Of a stretch of DNA of 64,000 nucleotides, positions 35,596 to 50,909 are shown one piece after another (within the stretch, counting starts at the first letter, position 1; each line of letters begins with the position of its first letter). Location: contig JAPEUD010000058.1 of NCBI GenBank assembly GCA_026026165.1, positions 1 to 64,000 on the forward strand. Reading direction: 5' to 3'. Both the position numbers and the translations under genes were made by a program. The notes beneath the pieces were generated by a model that was not told the DNA's origin, ran no database searches, and was given only the letters and a program-made list of their open reading frames with translations. This stretch comes from Sarea resinae. Its lineage: Eukaryota.

Positions 35596-38279
35596 CGACG
35601 ATTGGTTTGAGCAGGATTAGCACACGAGACCGTTAAAAGTAATTCACGAGCGATTGACACTCCATGATCCAGAGGAGTTAACGAATGGTGAGTAGAATTT
35701 AAGTGAATGAGACTCTGAAAGTAGGATGATCGACGTCTGCCGTGTAGATGATGTTCTTACTTAGGGGTGTAGTTATGAGCTTGTTTGGGGGATTGTTACG
35801 TCCAGCTACCTTACCAAGGTAGAACTGGAGATCAGCATCTCCATTCTACAAACAACAATGACGTATACTCCGTACAAGAAAGTACCTTAGCCATGGACCT
35901 CATACAGGTATGGGGTGTACTCTACCGTACCTAGGTAAGGTAAGATAGTCTCAGTGGAAACTTGATCGGTCCAGACCCTAGGACCGATCTCGGCCAGGTA
36001 AGGAGGGTTAGCTGGTGGTGTTCTTGTAGGAATGGAACATCTTGTAGCTGGAGGTCACAGTATGTATGGATGTACGAGCCCTACAAGTGTGGATGGGAAT
36101 CATCAGACAGCTTCTTTTCATATGTATAGGTACCTATCCAAACCTTCGAATACCTTATCTGACTCCATATGTAAGAAGTACCTCTTGGGGTGAGTACCTA
36201 CTAAGGGTGCTCGCTACTAACAACTCTACTTCGTACAATCACGCGTATTCCATTGTTAGTGGAGAGAAAAGCCCTGAGGGACTGTCGGTGGACGGGTGGA
36301 TGCCCTGGCCAACGGCACACCCGACCGTCCGGTCGCGCATGAATACGAATCATGAGCAGCAGAAGAGCTAGATTTCAGGCGACTGCAGCAAACCACGCGA
36401 ATGAAAATGAATGGAGTGTAGGTAGCAATATTATTCTACGGACAGTAAACGTGGAATGGATGAGAAGAGCACAGCCACATGCTAGACGCCACATGCTAGA
36501 CGCCACAAGGAGGGGCAGAAACTCTAACTCCGATATTAATGATTTGTTGATATTCGGACCGAGACGAGCCCCGCAAATGAAGTCACTCTCAAGAATCACT
36601 AAGAATCACTAAGGACTTAGACTGCGAGTCTAGATCTTACCTTACCTCCCAGGCTCCAGAGAATGCGCCACTGTGCCACTATGCCACTGTGCCACAGAGA
36701 CATCCAAATTCCTTGATTTGGCCACGAAAACGAAAGGTTGGCAGTCACTAGCATTGACCCGGATGATCTGAAATGTCCATTGTCTCTCTTTAGCCATGGG
36801 GCTACTACCTTATCCATGAAGGAAGCATGTTCATGCGGCGTTAATGCTTATTCCATTTTGAGTCAATGGCGTTCCTTCGATGAGCTGATCGCGGCGATAC
36901 TCAGAGTAAGAGGGCTCGGTGTTCGGGTGGAGAATGCGCATCGGCCGTTAGCTGAACAGCACATGGACGGCATCTCTGGGAGAGGTGAATGTAATGCGAT
37001 GACTCTTTGGCGGATGATCGTGGAGCTGCCATCGCAATCGGATTCTTTGAGATTGAAAGATGGATATTGTAGGTAGCAATGTAATGCGCTTGATGACGAA
37101 GGGAAAGTTTAACTGGCTGGGTAGATCTGCCGTCAGGGCGCACGCTAACGGATCACTACTACCTCAACAGGCATCGTCTCATGGACCGAACGTCATTACT
37201 GTCTTCGGCTGTGTTTTGATTCTTGTCTGGTTTTCAATTCTCTTTCTTTTGGTTCCCGCCCGACGTAAGTGAATGCTCTGGTAACCCATGGAAGGTAACC
37301 CAAGGTGTCGATTGAGGAGGAACAAGCCCCGCAAGTCCCGTAAGCCGCGTAAGATCGATCGCATTGGCAACTGTACACTGCCGTCGCTGCTGCATGAAGG
37401 GGACGGGCGGCGACCTCGGGCTACCTTAGTCAAATGCTTGTCCCCCTCCAACGCAAAACAAAAGGGAGTAACAATAACAATCAGGATCGATCAATCCAAT
37501 TAGGTGGGCCATTTGGCCACCGTGATGTGACCAGATCGACTACTGCGGCTTAACGTACTAGTTACCTACCTCAGGGCTACCCACCTAGGTAGGTACACAT
37601 GGATGGAGGTACTATGGTTTGCAGCCACGCTGGGGTAGCCAACAAACTCGCATATTCAAAACAGGATTATTTAGACAGAAGCACGAGATTGAGAAGAGCC
37701 AGCATGAATTCATGCCTACCTACAGCCCAGGTACTGTGGCTGACCCATTGGGAGCCAATATCTAGGTATGCTCTACTAGTCACAGCGGGAGGCCGGAAGC
37801 AATTCCAGGCAATGGCCCAAGCAAGGCAGTAAGGACGGCCCATGGACTCCGTGGACGGGGAGAAAATGTTAGCTCCAACAGAATAATAGTGGAGGGCCCT
37901 CGATTGAGGTAGTCCGTTCCTTTGAGAAGACCAGTTCGAGGTTCGCTAACCAGGGCTATGATGCGATGATGCTGTGATCACTCGCATGGCGCTTGCCGGA
38001 TTGAATCTGACGCAGTGGCCGCTTCCTTTTCCACATGTGCTTGCGTCAGAGCCACCACCCGTGAATGAAGTAGTGAATGAGGTAACGCGGTGCTGTTTAC
38101 TATATGACCTGACCCCTCTCCATCCTTCCTCAGCTTCTGATCCTAATCTTCTCTACCACAATCAACCCCAAAGCTTCATCATCAATCATCAAGTCTCTCC
38201 CTCTTACTATCGAAAGCCTTTGACCTTTGAGCATATCTATTCAACTCAAGCATCAATACACACCTCATTCATCATCAAA

Positions 38280-39301
38280 ATGGAAAAAGCCAAGTCTGCC
38301 GTCAACAACTTTGTGTAAGCAAACTCTTCTATCTATCACATCCTGATCTTATCACCGTGATACCATATTGCTGAAATTCGCTCGGAATCATCACCTACCT
38401 GATCTATCATGCAAATGCTAATCTCTCTCACCGCGTAGAAGCAAGGCCGGTCACCATGACACGACTGTCCATGAGAGAGTGGCCCCGGCCGTGACTCAAG
38501 AAAACGTCACCCGCACTCGTCACGAGGAGGCCACAACAGCCCTTGACAAGGAGGTTCACCAGGATCACTACCACACGTCTGTTCAGCCCGTGCAAGCCCG
38601 CGAGACCTTGCCAGAGGAGCATACCCACAACCTCGTTCCCGTTGAGCATCGCCATGTCGAGCATGGTAATGACGCTCAAGTCAAGTCTCGCCTTGAACAA
38701 GAGGCTGCGCAGTTCAAAGACACTCGCACCGTGGGAGATGTCCACCAGACATCTGCCGCGGCTCCAACCATTGCCGGCGAGCATGTTCATCACCATGTCC
38801 ACGAGGTAAGAATGCTATCTCCAATTTAGCGTTTGAGTACGTGAGACTGATTTTATCTAGACCATCCAACCTGTCGTCCAGAAAGAGACCATTCAACCGA
38901 ATGTCATCCATACGACTGTCCCGATCCACGAGGTCCACCATAACGAGGCCAAGCACCATTCAGCTTCCGCCCTACCGGCTGTCAGCTTGGCTGATTTCAA
39001 GAAATCCGGTGGCAGCTTGACGGGACGTGAGGAGCGTTACGACGGATTTGAAGGTGAGCCAAGATCTGTCGGCTCTGCTCTAAACGGCGGCGCCTCCACG
39101 GGCACTGCCGGCAACAAGTACTCCAGCTCGACTGGAAATGATGGTATCACGGGCAACCAGTACTCCAACACGACTGGAAATGATGGCACCACCCGTACCA
39201 AGGGTGCCGCTGCTGCTGGCCCACATGGTTCAAGCCTGTTGAACAAGATTGACCCGCGTGTGGACTCGGACCGCGATGGCAAGAGAGGCATGCTTGACTA
39301 G
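38280..39301 (+). CDS. Hydrophilic 'allergen-like' stress protein with C-terminal DPR (fungal dehydrin-like) motif; 3 exons
   Basis: caaaATGg start; MEKAK..SKAGHHDTTVHERVAPAV, KEVHQDHYH and HVHETIQPVV; ends GPHGSSLLNKIDPRVDSDRDG. Confidence 0.85.
39110..39191 (+). repeat. Coding 42-bp tandem duplication
   Basis: GNKYSSSTGNDG / GNQYSNTTGNDG encoded by near-identical units starting at 39110 and 39152. Confidence 0.85.
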
Positions 39302-40180
39302 GCGGGACATCGCATTCTCATGGCTGCTCCTTTCAAGTTTCTTTTACCTTGTCAGTTTCAGTTCACCGAGAAAACGCTGCCCTATTATGCCCATCACCGA
39401 GCCCTGCTGAGCCCGATTCCCCTCTCTTTCCATCTCTCACGATTCATGATTCGAGTCTTTACGAGCACGACGTCACGAGCGTTTGCTGAGGCTGAATTGC
39501 GTGTACTATAATCACTTCCTGTGCTCTTCTAAACGATTAGCCCTTCAGCAACGATAAATAGTAATATAAAACTCCTGCGGCCAGTGTTGGTTCCCATCGT
39601 GCTTCGACTGATGCTTTTCTGGTGATCCAAACGACAACATGTATCAAGTAGGCAGTGGAGACCAAAGGCGGCATCAGATGGTCGGCTCTGACTTGCTACC
39701 CCCGTCGCTCATCCATGGCCCCCACCAACCTTCGTCTTGCCTTCACGCCGCCTTCATCGGACAAAGGTGACTGGCTACCTCGCTGACATAGGTACACACC
39801 TCACCTACTCCGTACCTACTCCGTAGTAGTCCCTGGCCGACGACTCAGCCCTTAGGCAATCGAAACAATACCACGATTATCTACCGCATGCATCGTGATA
39901 CGGGGAGGAGAGGAGAGCACTGAGAGTTCCAAGATAAGGCCACATCCATGTCATACTTCGTATAAATTGAGATGGCCGGCATCTTTTGGTTTGGCTCTAC
40001 CTCGTACCTCCCCACCCATATTACATCCAATCTTTTGTCATCGCTCTGTATCATCCTGTAGTTTTATGCCTTTCCATGAGCATGTCACAATTGCGAAGCG
40101 CTCTATTACTCTGGTTCCTGTGTCGTGAGACTGATCTATCAGTTCAAATCTCTGGTACATTGCTTTAGAAGCCGCGAAGA

Positions 40181-42738
40181 ATGGCTTGTATGGGCCCCGA
40201 CACCGTCGATATGCAACGTATCTCCACCTTATCGATGGAGGACCTTCTCCGGGGCAGCACGCCAGATCTGATTCCCTTCGGCATCATTGCCGACGACTAC
40301 TTGAGCTTCTTTGACCAGCAATCAAATCATTCGGATTGTGGACAACAATGCTCGGAACAGTCCCAGCTCTCCACCGAGACCATCTCCCCAGCTGGTGACG
40401 ATTTCCTGGACCTCGACCTTTCTGCACCAGTTGAGCGGCTTGACTTCGCATCGATGCCTTTTACAGACGACATCTTCTTCGACCATGACGTGATAGATTG
40501 GTCTCTTTGCCAAAGCCCTCCTGCAGCAGCGGAGATCGCGCCACGGTTCGTGACACCTACGTTACAGTCCAAGAAAAGAAAGCCTCGAGACAGAAAGGCC
40601 TATCAGACACCCCATCCGCGGCCCTCATCTCAGCGTCAGCCAGCGGAGCATCGAACAACTCATTCGCCCGCATCGAAGGGCCACAGATCTACGGGACAGA
40701 TTTGTACCGAGCCAAAGACCCGATTTCCGCCCCTATTACCAAACCCCAGACAGATTGAGCACCTCATGGTCTTCGACGATCCATCGGATTCCTCAAAGCC
40801 TCAATCGCGCAAGAAGAGGAAATACTCGGGAGAGAAAAGAGACAAAGTTTGGAGGGTGAGAGAGCAAGGTGCTTGTCTCCGCTGTCGGACCCTGAAAAAG
40901 TCTGTAAGTAATCCGTCTCCACGAATCATCAGTAGATAAAGCAGGTACTAACTGAAACAGTGCTCGGGGAACATTCCATGTGACACGTGTATGACTATTT
41001 CCAATAAGAGGGTATGGAGGGGCCCATGTATGCGAATTGAGTTGACGGCGCTCTGCATCTACGGCACCGGTAAATCTATGATCAATAAAGTGGCCTACAA
41101 ATCCTAACCCCTCTTAGAACAGTGGAGAAGATTAATCGATTGCTTGACGAAGCGCTCAAATATGCGGATGGCCAACGAAGAGTCTTCGATAGTTGAAGTC
41201 AGGATTGGGAGCCGGAGCCAGCCTATCAAATTGACATTGAAAGGCTTAGACGCAAACCACCAAGCCAAGGAACAACATGATAGAAGCAATCGTCGGATCT
41301 TCGCTGATGGTATCTTGCCATCTGCTCCTACCGAATCTGACTTCTCCATCTCTTCCTTTGATGCATTTGTCGACGAGATAGTCAAAGAGATACCAAATAA
41401 GATATTCGTCACATTCATGGCAACCCTTCTTCGCCGTGCCGTCATCTACGCGGAACAAACTCAGGTAAGCCCCAGCGCAGCAATTCGCTTTTTGTTTCAG
41501 CCCTCCGCGTGTTGCCTCTAATTCGTTATAGAATGAGCTTCTGCGCCTCGCTCTTCGTTATTACACCTACTGCCGCCTGACACACGGTTTCCTGCGTGGC
41601 ATATGCTACACTGGCCTATCCGGCTCCGGCATTGGTGTCGGAGTCTGGGTCCGTGAGCTCTTCAATTGGGATGTCCTCAACGCTGAGGCAAAGGCCCAAT
41701 TACTGCGCTTTGCATCCGAAAGAGTGAAAGCGCTCGAGACGAAACTGTTTGCGACGATACAGGCGCAATTGACGATGCTCAAAAGCAAGGGAGATGGGGG
41801 GTTTGTGGCTACCTGGTTAACGCTTGTGATACTTGTGGATCAATTTGATTGTAATCTACATGAGGGCGTTTGGCTGAAGGAGCCAGCGGCAGTACTAGTG
41901 GTAAGCATCCACTCATGGCATTTTTGTACGGTTCATCTTCGACTAATACAGCCCGTTTGTTCTATCGTAGTGCCCACGGAAGTCACTTCTTCTGACCCAA
42001 GTCCCCACCGAGCAATTAGGCCAGGCTCTCACGGTTCGGGCGACCGAGCTTGCAAATGCCGCCGTCTCGTTTGCACACCAGATTACGGATCGCTTCGTAC
42101 CGCGCGATCTTGTGCTTGGTGAGACCAAGACACTGAACGCGGACCAAAGATTTCTGCTCGAGCTCCAGGACGAGCTGAAAGGGCCAAGAGGTGTGTTTCC
42201 TCCTAATTCCTCTGCTCTCTCCGCCTACCACACATCACACAGGGCGAATCCGGTATATGTCTGTTCTAATAGCCCCTTAGAGCACCTTCACACGCGTTCG
42301 CCGCATCTTCCCTCTAACACACCAGCCCAAACCCATCTCGAGCTTCTCATATTCGGCCCCTCGCCCGCTTGTGTCCCTTTATCCAATCAGCACGAATCTC
42401 ATATGCTCGGCACGTGTCACTGCACCGAGGCGTTGCTTTCGCGCTCCCTGCGCGAGAACCTTGATCTGGCTTCGTCTTTACCGACTTCTAACTCGAGTCG
42501 GTCGGGAACTTGGCAGACTGGGGCAGGTGACGAGGAGATTGAGTGTAGGTGTCGACGGCGAGCAGATGTGTTCGAAACGGATGATAGTCTTGAAGTTGGA
42601 GGGGCTCTTGCTGAGGGAGTCAAGGCACATTCCAGAGGCACTAATGTTCCGTGTAGTAGGCAGATCCGGTATCAGGGTCGGGTTGTATGCTTCAGTACTT
42701 TGGAGGGCGAGCCGCATTCAAGATTTGTGCTGAATTAG
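40181..42738 (+). CDS. Zn(II)2Cys6 transcription factor (multi-exon; 3' exons less certain)
   Basis: VREQGACLRCRTLKKS|CSGNIPCDTC..PC formed across an intron ending at 40960; basic RKKRKY upstream; further exons can be joined by canonical introns. Confidence 0.75.
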
Positions 42739-43153
42739 GGTCAAACAGCCTTCACCATGCTCTTTCTCGCTCTCGAGTGGTTTTCTATCGTTGAATTGGG
42801 ACAGCACTACATGATATCCATCCGGAGTCGAATGTCCTAGGGAAAGGAATCTCTTTTGGCGTTAGATCCCCTGTACCTAATCGTAAACAGATCGATAGAT
42901 ACGTGGAGAGTCGAGTCCTCAACAAGAGGCCGAGTTTCATCTGTGATTTAAACAACAGTCTGTACCGATCGACCCTGGTATGGTATGGGAGCTAGTGCTC
43001 TCTGTACCTTACAGCCGAGTCGTCAACACTAGACAGTAGATCATTACATCACACCTGTGGCCTCTCATCTTTTTTCATCTATTTGATCACAATCCCATTC
43101 AGATTCCCGTCCAATTGATCTGCGAAAACACCGACCAAATCTGACTCCTAAGC

Positions 43154-43181
43154 TCAGGGGTCAAGGGTCAGGGGTCAGGGG
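43154..43181. promoter_or_regulatory. STRE (AGGGG) array upstream of con-10
   Basis: Heptamer TCAGGGG x4 (one variant) giving AGGGG at 43156, 43170 and 43177; TATATAA at about 43427. Confidence 0.55.
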
Positions 43182-43603
43182 TAAGCGGACAGAAGTCTTG
43201 TGCAACACCCCGCCGTGGCTCTCGAGTACCATGTTCGTCAACATGACCGCATCTGTCCCTCTTACATGACACCATTCTAGGCAGCAGACGGCAAGACGGC
43301 CTGCACGATGATCGATGATCGATGATCCGTCATGGTTTGGTTTGTTTCTTCTTCCCTACCGACGTCTAGATGACTTCTCACATCTACTGTCATTCCCTAA
43401 GTGACCTTCCGTCTGTATTTTCTTAGTATATAACCTCTCTCTCCACCTCCATCCATCCCTCTCCACCTCCATCCATCCCTCTCCCTCTCCCTCTTGTCTA
43501 TCTTCATATCATTCCCACTTCTCGATCAACTGAAATATCTATCTCCTCCTCTATCAACAAAAACCTCGCTACCAACTACTCGCTCATTCCGCTCTCTCGT
43601 AAG

Positions 43604-44307
43604 ATGGCAGATCACGGCAACACCAACCCGGGCAACTTCGCCAACCGGCCCAAGGACGAGGTCAAAAACATTGCGTCCGAAGGCGGCAAAGCCTCTGGCG
43701 GCGGGTTCGCGAATATGGATCCCGAGAAGCAGGTATGTGTGTGTGTTTGTGTGTGTGTGTTTGCGGTACCTTTTTTTCTTTCTCTGTGGCTCTGTCTGTT
43801 TTTTGGGGGTGTCTCTTGGTTGTGTTATATACCCACTTCTTCGTTGGTTCTTTTTAAGTGATCTTTCTTCATTCACTTTTCAGCTATGGTGTGCTCTTTT
43901 TTACCCTTCACTCGTGACTCCCCTCCTCTCCTCCTCCTCTCCTCCCCCTCCCCACCCACCCCTCTCTCAAGCTCCCCACATTCAAAACCGCTCCTGACCC
44001 TCTCCCCCCGTTCTCCACCCCACAGAAAGAAATCGCCTCCAAAGGCGGCAAATCCTCCCACCACAGCTCATCCAACGAGCCCGAGGAGCCCGAGGAATCC
44101 GAGACCGCAGGCCGTGCTGCGGACGGCCGATTCGAGCCGGGCTCCAACGCCGCCCGGGAAGCGGGCCGGAAGGGTGGGTTGAGCTCATCCAACGAGCCCG
44201 AGGAACCCGAGGAATCCGAAACCGCAGGCCGTGCCGCGGACGGCCGATTCGAGCCGGGCTCCAACGTCGCCCGGGAAGCGGGCCGGAAGGGCGGGTTGAG
44301 CTCCTAG
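43604..44307 (+). CDS. con-10: Conidiation protein Con-10 / KGG-repeat stress protein; intron 43733-44025
   Basis: NPGNFANRPKDEVKNIASEGGKAS, GFANMDPEKQ|KEIASKGGK and AREAGRKGG. Confidence 0.92.
44065..44303 (+). repeat. 117-bp tandem duplication within con-10 exon 2
   Basis: Units start at 44065 and 44182, near identical, in frame (39 aa). Confidence 0.95.
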
Positions 44308-44971
44308 ATCAGGGGAATTTCGAGGGCGGGTTAGAGGGAGGGAGGCAGGCGGGGAGAAAAGGGGGGGAGGGGACGAGGTGATGAAGGTGGTGCTAGTGCG
44401 AGCGTCATCTCTGCTTTGCTCGATACTGCTCTACTCTGCACTGTCACTACCACTCTGCCTGGCTGGGCTGGGCTCAGTCCATCGCGGCGGCCGCTCAGCT
44501 AGCACGACACCACACTACCCCACACTACACGAAACGGTACCACACACACACAGAAAACAAACAAATAAAACAGGTTCTATGCCCAAGTCTCCCATTCACA
44601 GATCCACGATCATACATCGTAAGGCAGATTGATATTCATGATCTATGATGTCCATACCATAAGAAAGTGTTAAAGAATAATGAAAAGAACGATCCTCGGA
44701 AAACGCCCCGCACACGCCCGCCCACCCGCCTGCCTGCCTGCCCATTGATCTGCTGTACTATGCCTGTGGATCGTTTCGTAAAGTAGAAGTCTTCGAATTG
44801 AAAAGAACACCCACACCACACCACCCCTCGATCAACGCAGGAGATTGACATAGTGTCGACAGCATGCGTCTATCGTCGCTGTCGCCCTCCCCCCGCTTAC
44901 TTGACAATAGCAGGAAGAAAAAAGAAAAGAAAAGACTTCAGGAGAGAAGTGAAGACAGGAAAGGGGAATCA

Positions 44972-48211
<3,240 letters not shown>

Positions 48212-48321
48212 GGCCGTGGGATGATGTCGGTGTTGTCAGAGTTGTTTCTGCTGAAGAATTCGAGGCGGTTACCCCGTAGATTATCATCTCTTGTCGCCGT
48301 GAAGGTTTCGGCAAGCGAAAG

Positions 48322-48354
48322 ACGCGTTTGCGACATAACGCGACCGCGACGCGA
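48322..48354. promoter_or_regulatory. MCB (MluI cell-cycle box) cluster
   Basis: Exact ACGCGT at 48322 plus ACGCGA x2 and CGCG, 110-145 bp upstream of the MCM6 ATG. Confidence 0.7.
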
Positions 48355-48993
48355 CCTTAATTGATTTTTGACTAAGCCGCTCTATAGCGATCTGCGTGAT
48401 GTCTAGTGGTGTCCTTTTCACGGCGACACTTGGATAAGGTAGTCAAGAATTGTGCTTTCCGATATTTTCCTGAATTATTATTCTTTTTTTTTTCGGTGGC
48501 GCAAGTACCTATTGTACTATATCTGGCAAGCAAAACCAATGAAAAAACCTCCGAAAGTATGCTAAGGAAGAAGATGGACCTGGTAACAATGAGAGAGAGA
48601 GAGAAGGAGCGAAATCTATGATACAAAAGGGACGAATATGATCGACAGAGGAAAAACCATCCGAGACGGCTGTGTATCCTGATCGCTGAAATGCTGATTT
48701 GATCCCAGTGAACCACCCAACAACGCCATGAAAGATCCGGCCCCAAAGAGTCCTCTCGGGTCTCTTGAACGTATTTCGGTACAATCTCAGGGTGTTCCAC
48801 CGAGACTGTTCGATTCCTGGTGTAGCGCTCCATGTGCTCCGATAACTCCAGGGTATATTTGATAATCGGGAATGATTTCTGAGAAATTTCGACAGATAAA
48901 GTACCCCTTGGCAATAAAACCCCAGTCCTGGTAGCAAGAAAAGGAATCATGACCTCACTTCAAGAAATGGACGTGGCCAAAACTATGAAGTCG

Positions 48994-50909
48994 TCAAGCT
49001 ACGTCTCCATTGGCCGGATAGAACCAAGCGGCGACGGCGATCAACAAGTAACTAAGACATCGTTAGCAAATGCAAACAGATGCCAAGGGGAGGGTGGACG
49101 AACATAGCTTGTAGCAGAACGCCTTCAAGCCAATGCGATTTCCCATCGGCGATGACATAGTTGACAAGAAGCACTGCAACAAACTGATCTAATGAGCGAC
49201 GGCATATCCAAGTCAGATCGATTGAAACTTACGAGAATGATGACTTGAAAGGGGTTGAAGTTCATGGTCATCTGCAAACAAATTAGTGCGAAATTCGCTG
49301 ACAGGAGAGGGTATACTGACGTTATCATTCCCCATTATCCATCCTAAGACCACAATGAAAGGGAGCACAAGCAGCGCGATTTGCATACTGCTACCCACTG
49401 CTACACCTATAGCAAGGTCCATCTTGTCCTTGCAAGCTACCGTCACTGCTGTAGCATGCTCCGCGGCGTTGCCGACAATTGGAAGCAGAATGAGTCCCAC
49501 AAATTCCTTGGAGATGTTGCCGGTGGCTGTAATTGCATCAATGGATGATACGAGATACTCCGCGCACAAGGCCACAAGAGCGGTAGAGATGGCAAGAGTG
49601 GCGACAGCGACCCAGATGTGTAGTTGGGGTTCCTCCACTTCATCATCTGGCTTCTTCGGCGCTTTCGGTTTGGCCGGCTTCATTTTCAGCATACGACGAC
49701 TCTTGGCCATCGCTTTCGCTGTATTTCCTGGTTCGCCGTCTGCCCTCCTCTTTGGCACCTTCTCACTAGGAGCGTTATACATAGAGATATGTGTCTTCAG
49801 CTGGAAAAAAAGGTAACAGCCATAGACGACGAGCAAGATGACAGCAGTGCCGCGCGAGATCGGTGCATCACCCTTACCACCGGCTATATCAGGACTTGAA
49901 TTAGTGACATTGAAAAAGGGTAGAGTGCAATAAACGTACCACCAGACCAAGTGTCGAAAGCAGTCGGAATGACCAGGCTGCCAACAGCCAGAGTCAGCAG
50001 ACTCGAAGCCGTCTGCGCAACCGTCACATTGAAGTGCTGTTCCACACGATTGATTCCACCAAAGAAGAAACACATGCCCATGACCAGAAGGAGATTAGAG
50101 AGCATGCTTCCAATCAGAGAAGTCTGTACAATGAGCTCTTGCTTTTGCACAAGAGCTATGATAGAGACGATCAGTTCGACAGCATTGCCAAAAGTCGCGT
50201 TCAGAAGACCACCAATTGTCTCGCCAGTGCGTAACGCGATCTCTTCCGTTGCATAGCTCAGCAATGCGGCCAATGGAATGATCGCGATGAAGTTGACCAC
50301 AAAGACTGCGACTGGTGGCACGTTGACGTAGTTGAGGATAATCCCGATAGGGGCCGCAATGAGAAGCACGTTGATCCAGGAATTCAGGAGCGTCGCCCGG
50401 AGCTGACTAGCGAAGGTAAATACGGGTTTCTTGACTTCTGACTCCTGTGTCGTTGACCGCTCAATCTCGTCATCTTCACCATCTTCTTCCCCACCAGGAA
50501 GACGACGTCGAGCCTTGTTGTTTGTAGGTGATGTTTCGTCCCCTATCAAAGTCTCGCCAGTATCTGCAGTGGATGCTACTGTGTCCTTCTCCGACATTGT
50601 GCCCGCCGAAGTAGGCATCGTACTGGCATGTTGAGGTGCTTCGAATGCGCGTTCGGACTGTGCATTTCGATCTAATTCGATTGACGGAGTGAGGCACGTC
50701 TCAGAATGATGATTTCCCTGCTGGAGTCCGGATTCAAGGTCGCCATTTCTGTCTAGTGTCCTGGTTCTCGGGCGTCTAAAAGGGTTGTAATTTGGAGAGC
50801 CGTCGTCGTTGTGCCATGCCTGATGGCGCGCTCGCGACTTGATGGAGTCTGTGGAGTACAAGTAAGAGATCTGCTCTGAAAGAGTCGCACTATCTTGAGA
50901 CTTACGCAT
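48994..50909 (-). CDS. VCX1: Vacuolar Ca2+/H+ exchanger (CAX family); first coding exon only 4 nt (ATGC)
   Basis: [41 protein letters not shown] and DGKSHWLEG. Confidence 0.92.

Noticed and set aside
48372..48950. 192-aa minus-strand ORF after VCX1
   Set aside because: Lies in the probable VCX1 3' UTR and MCM6 promoter; composition reflects simple repeats
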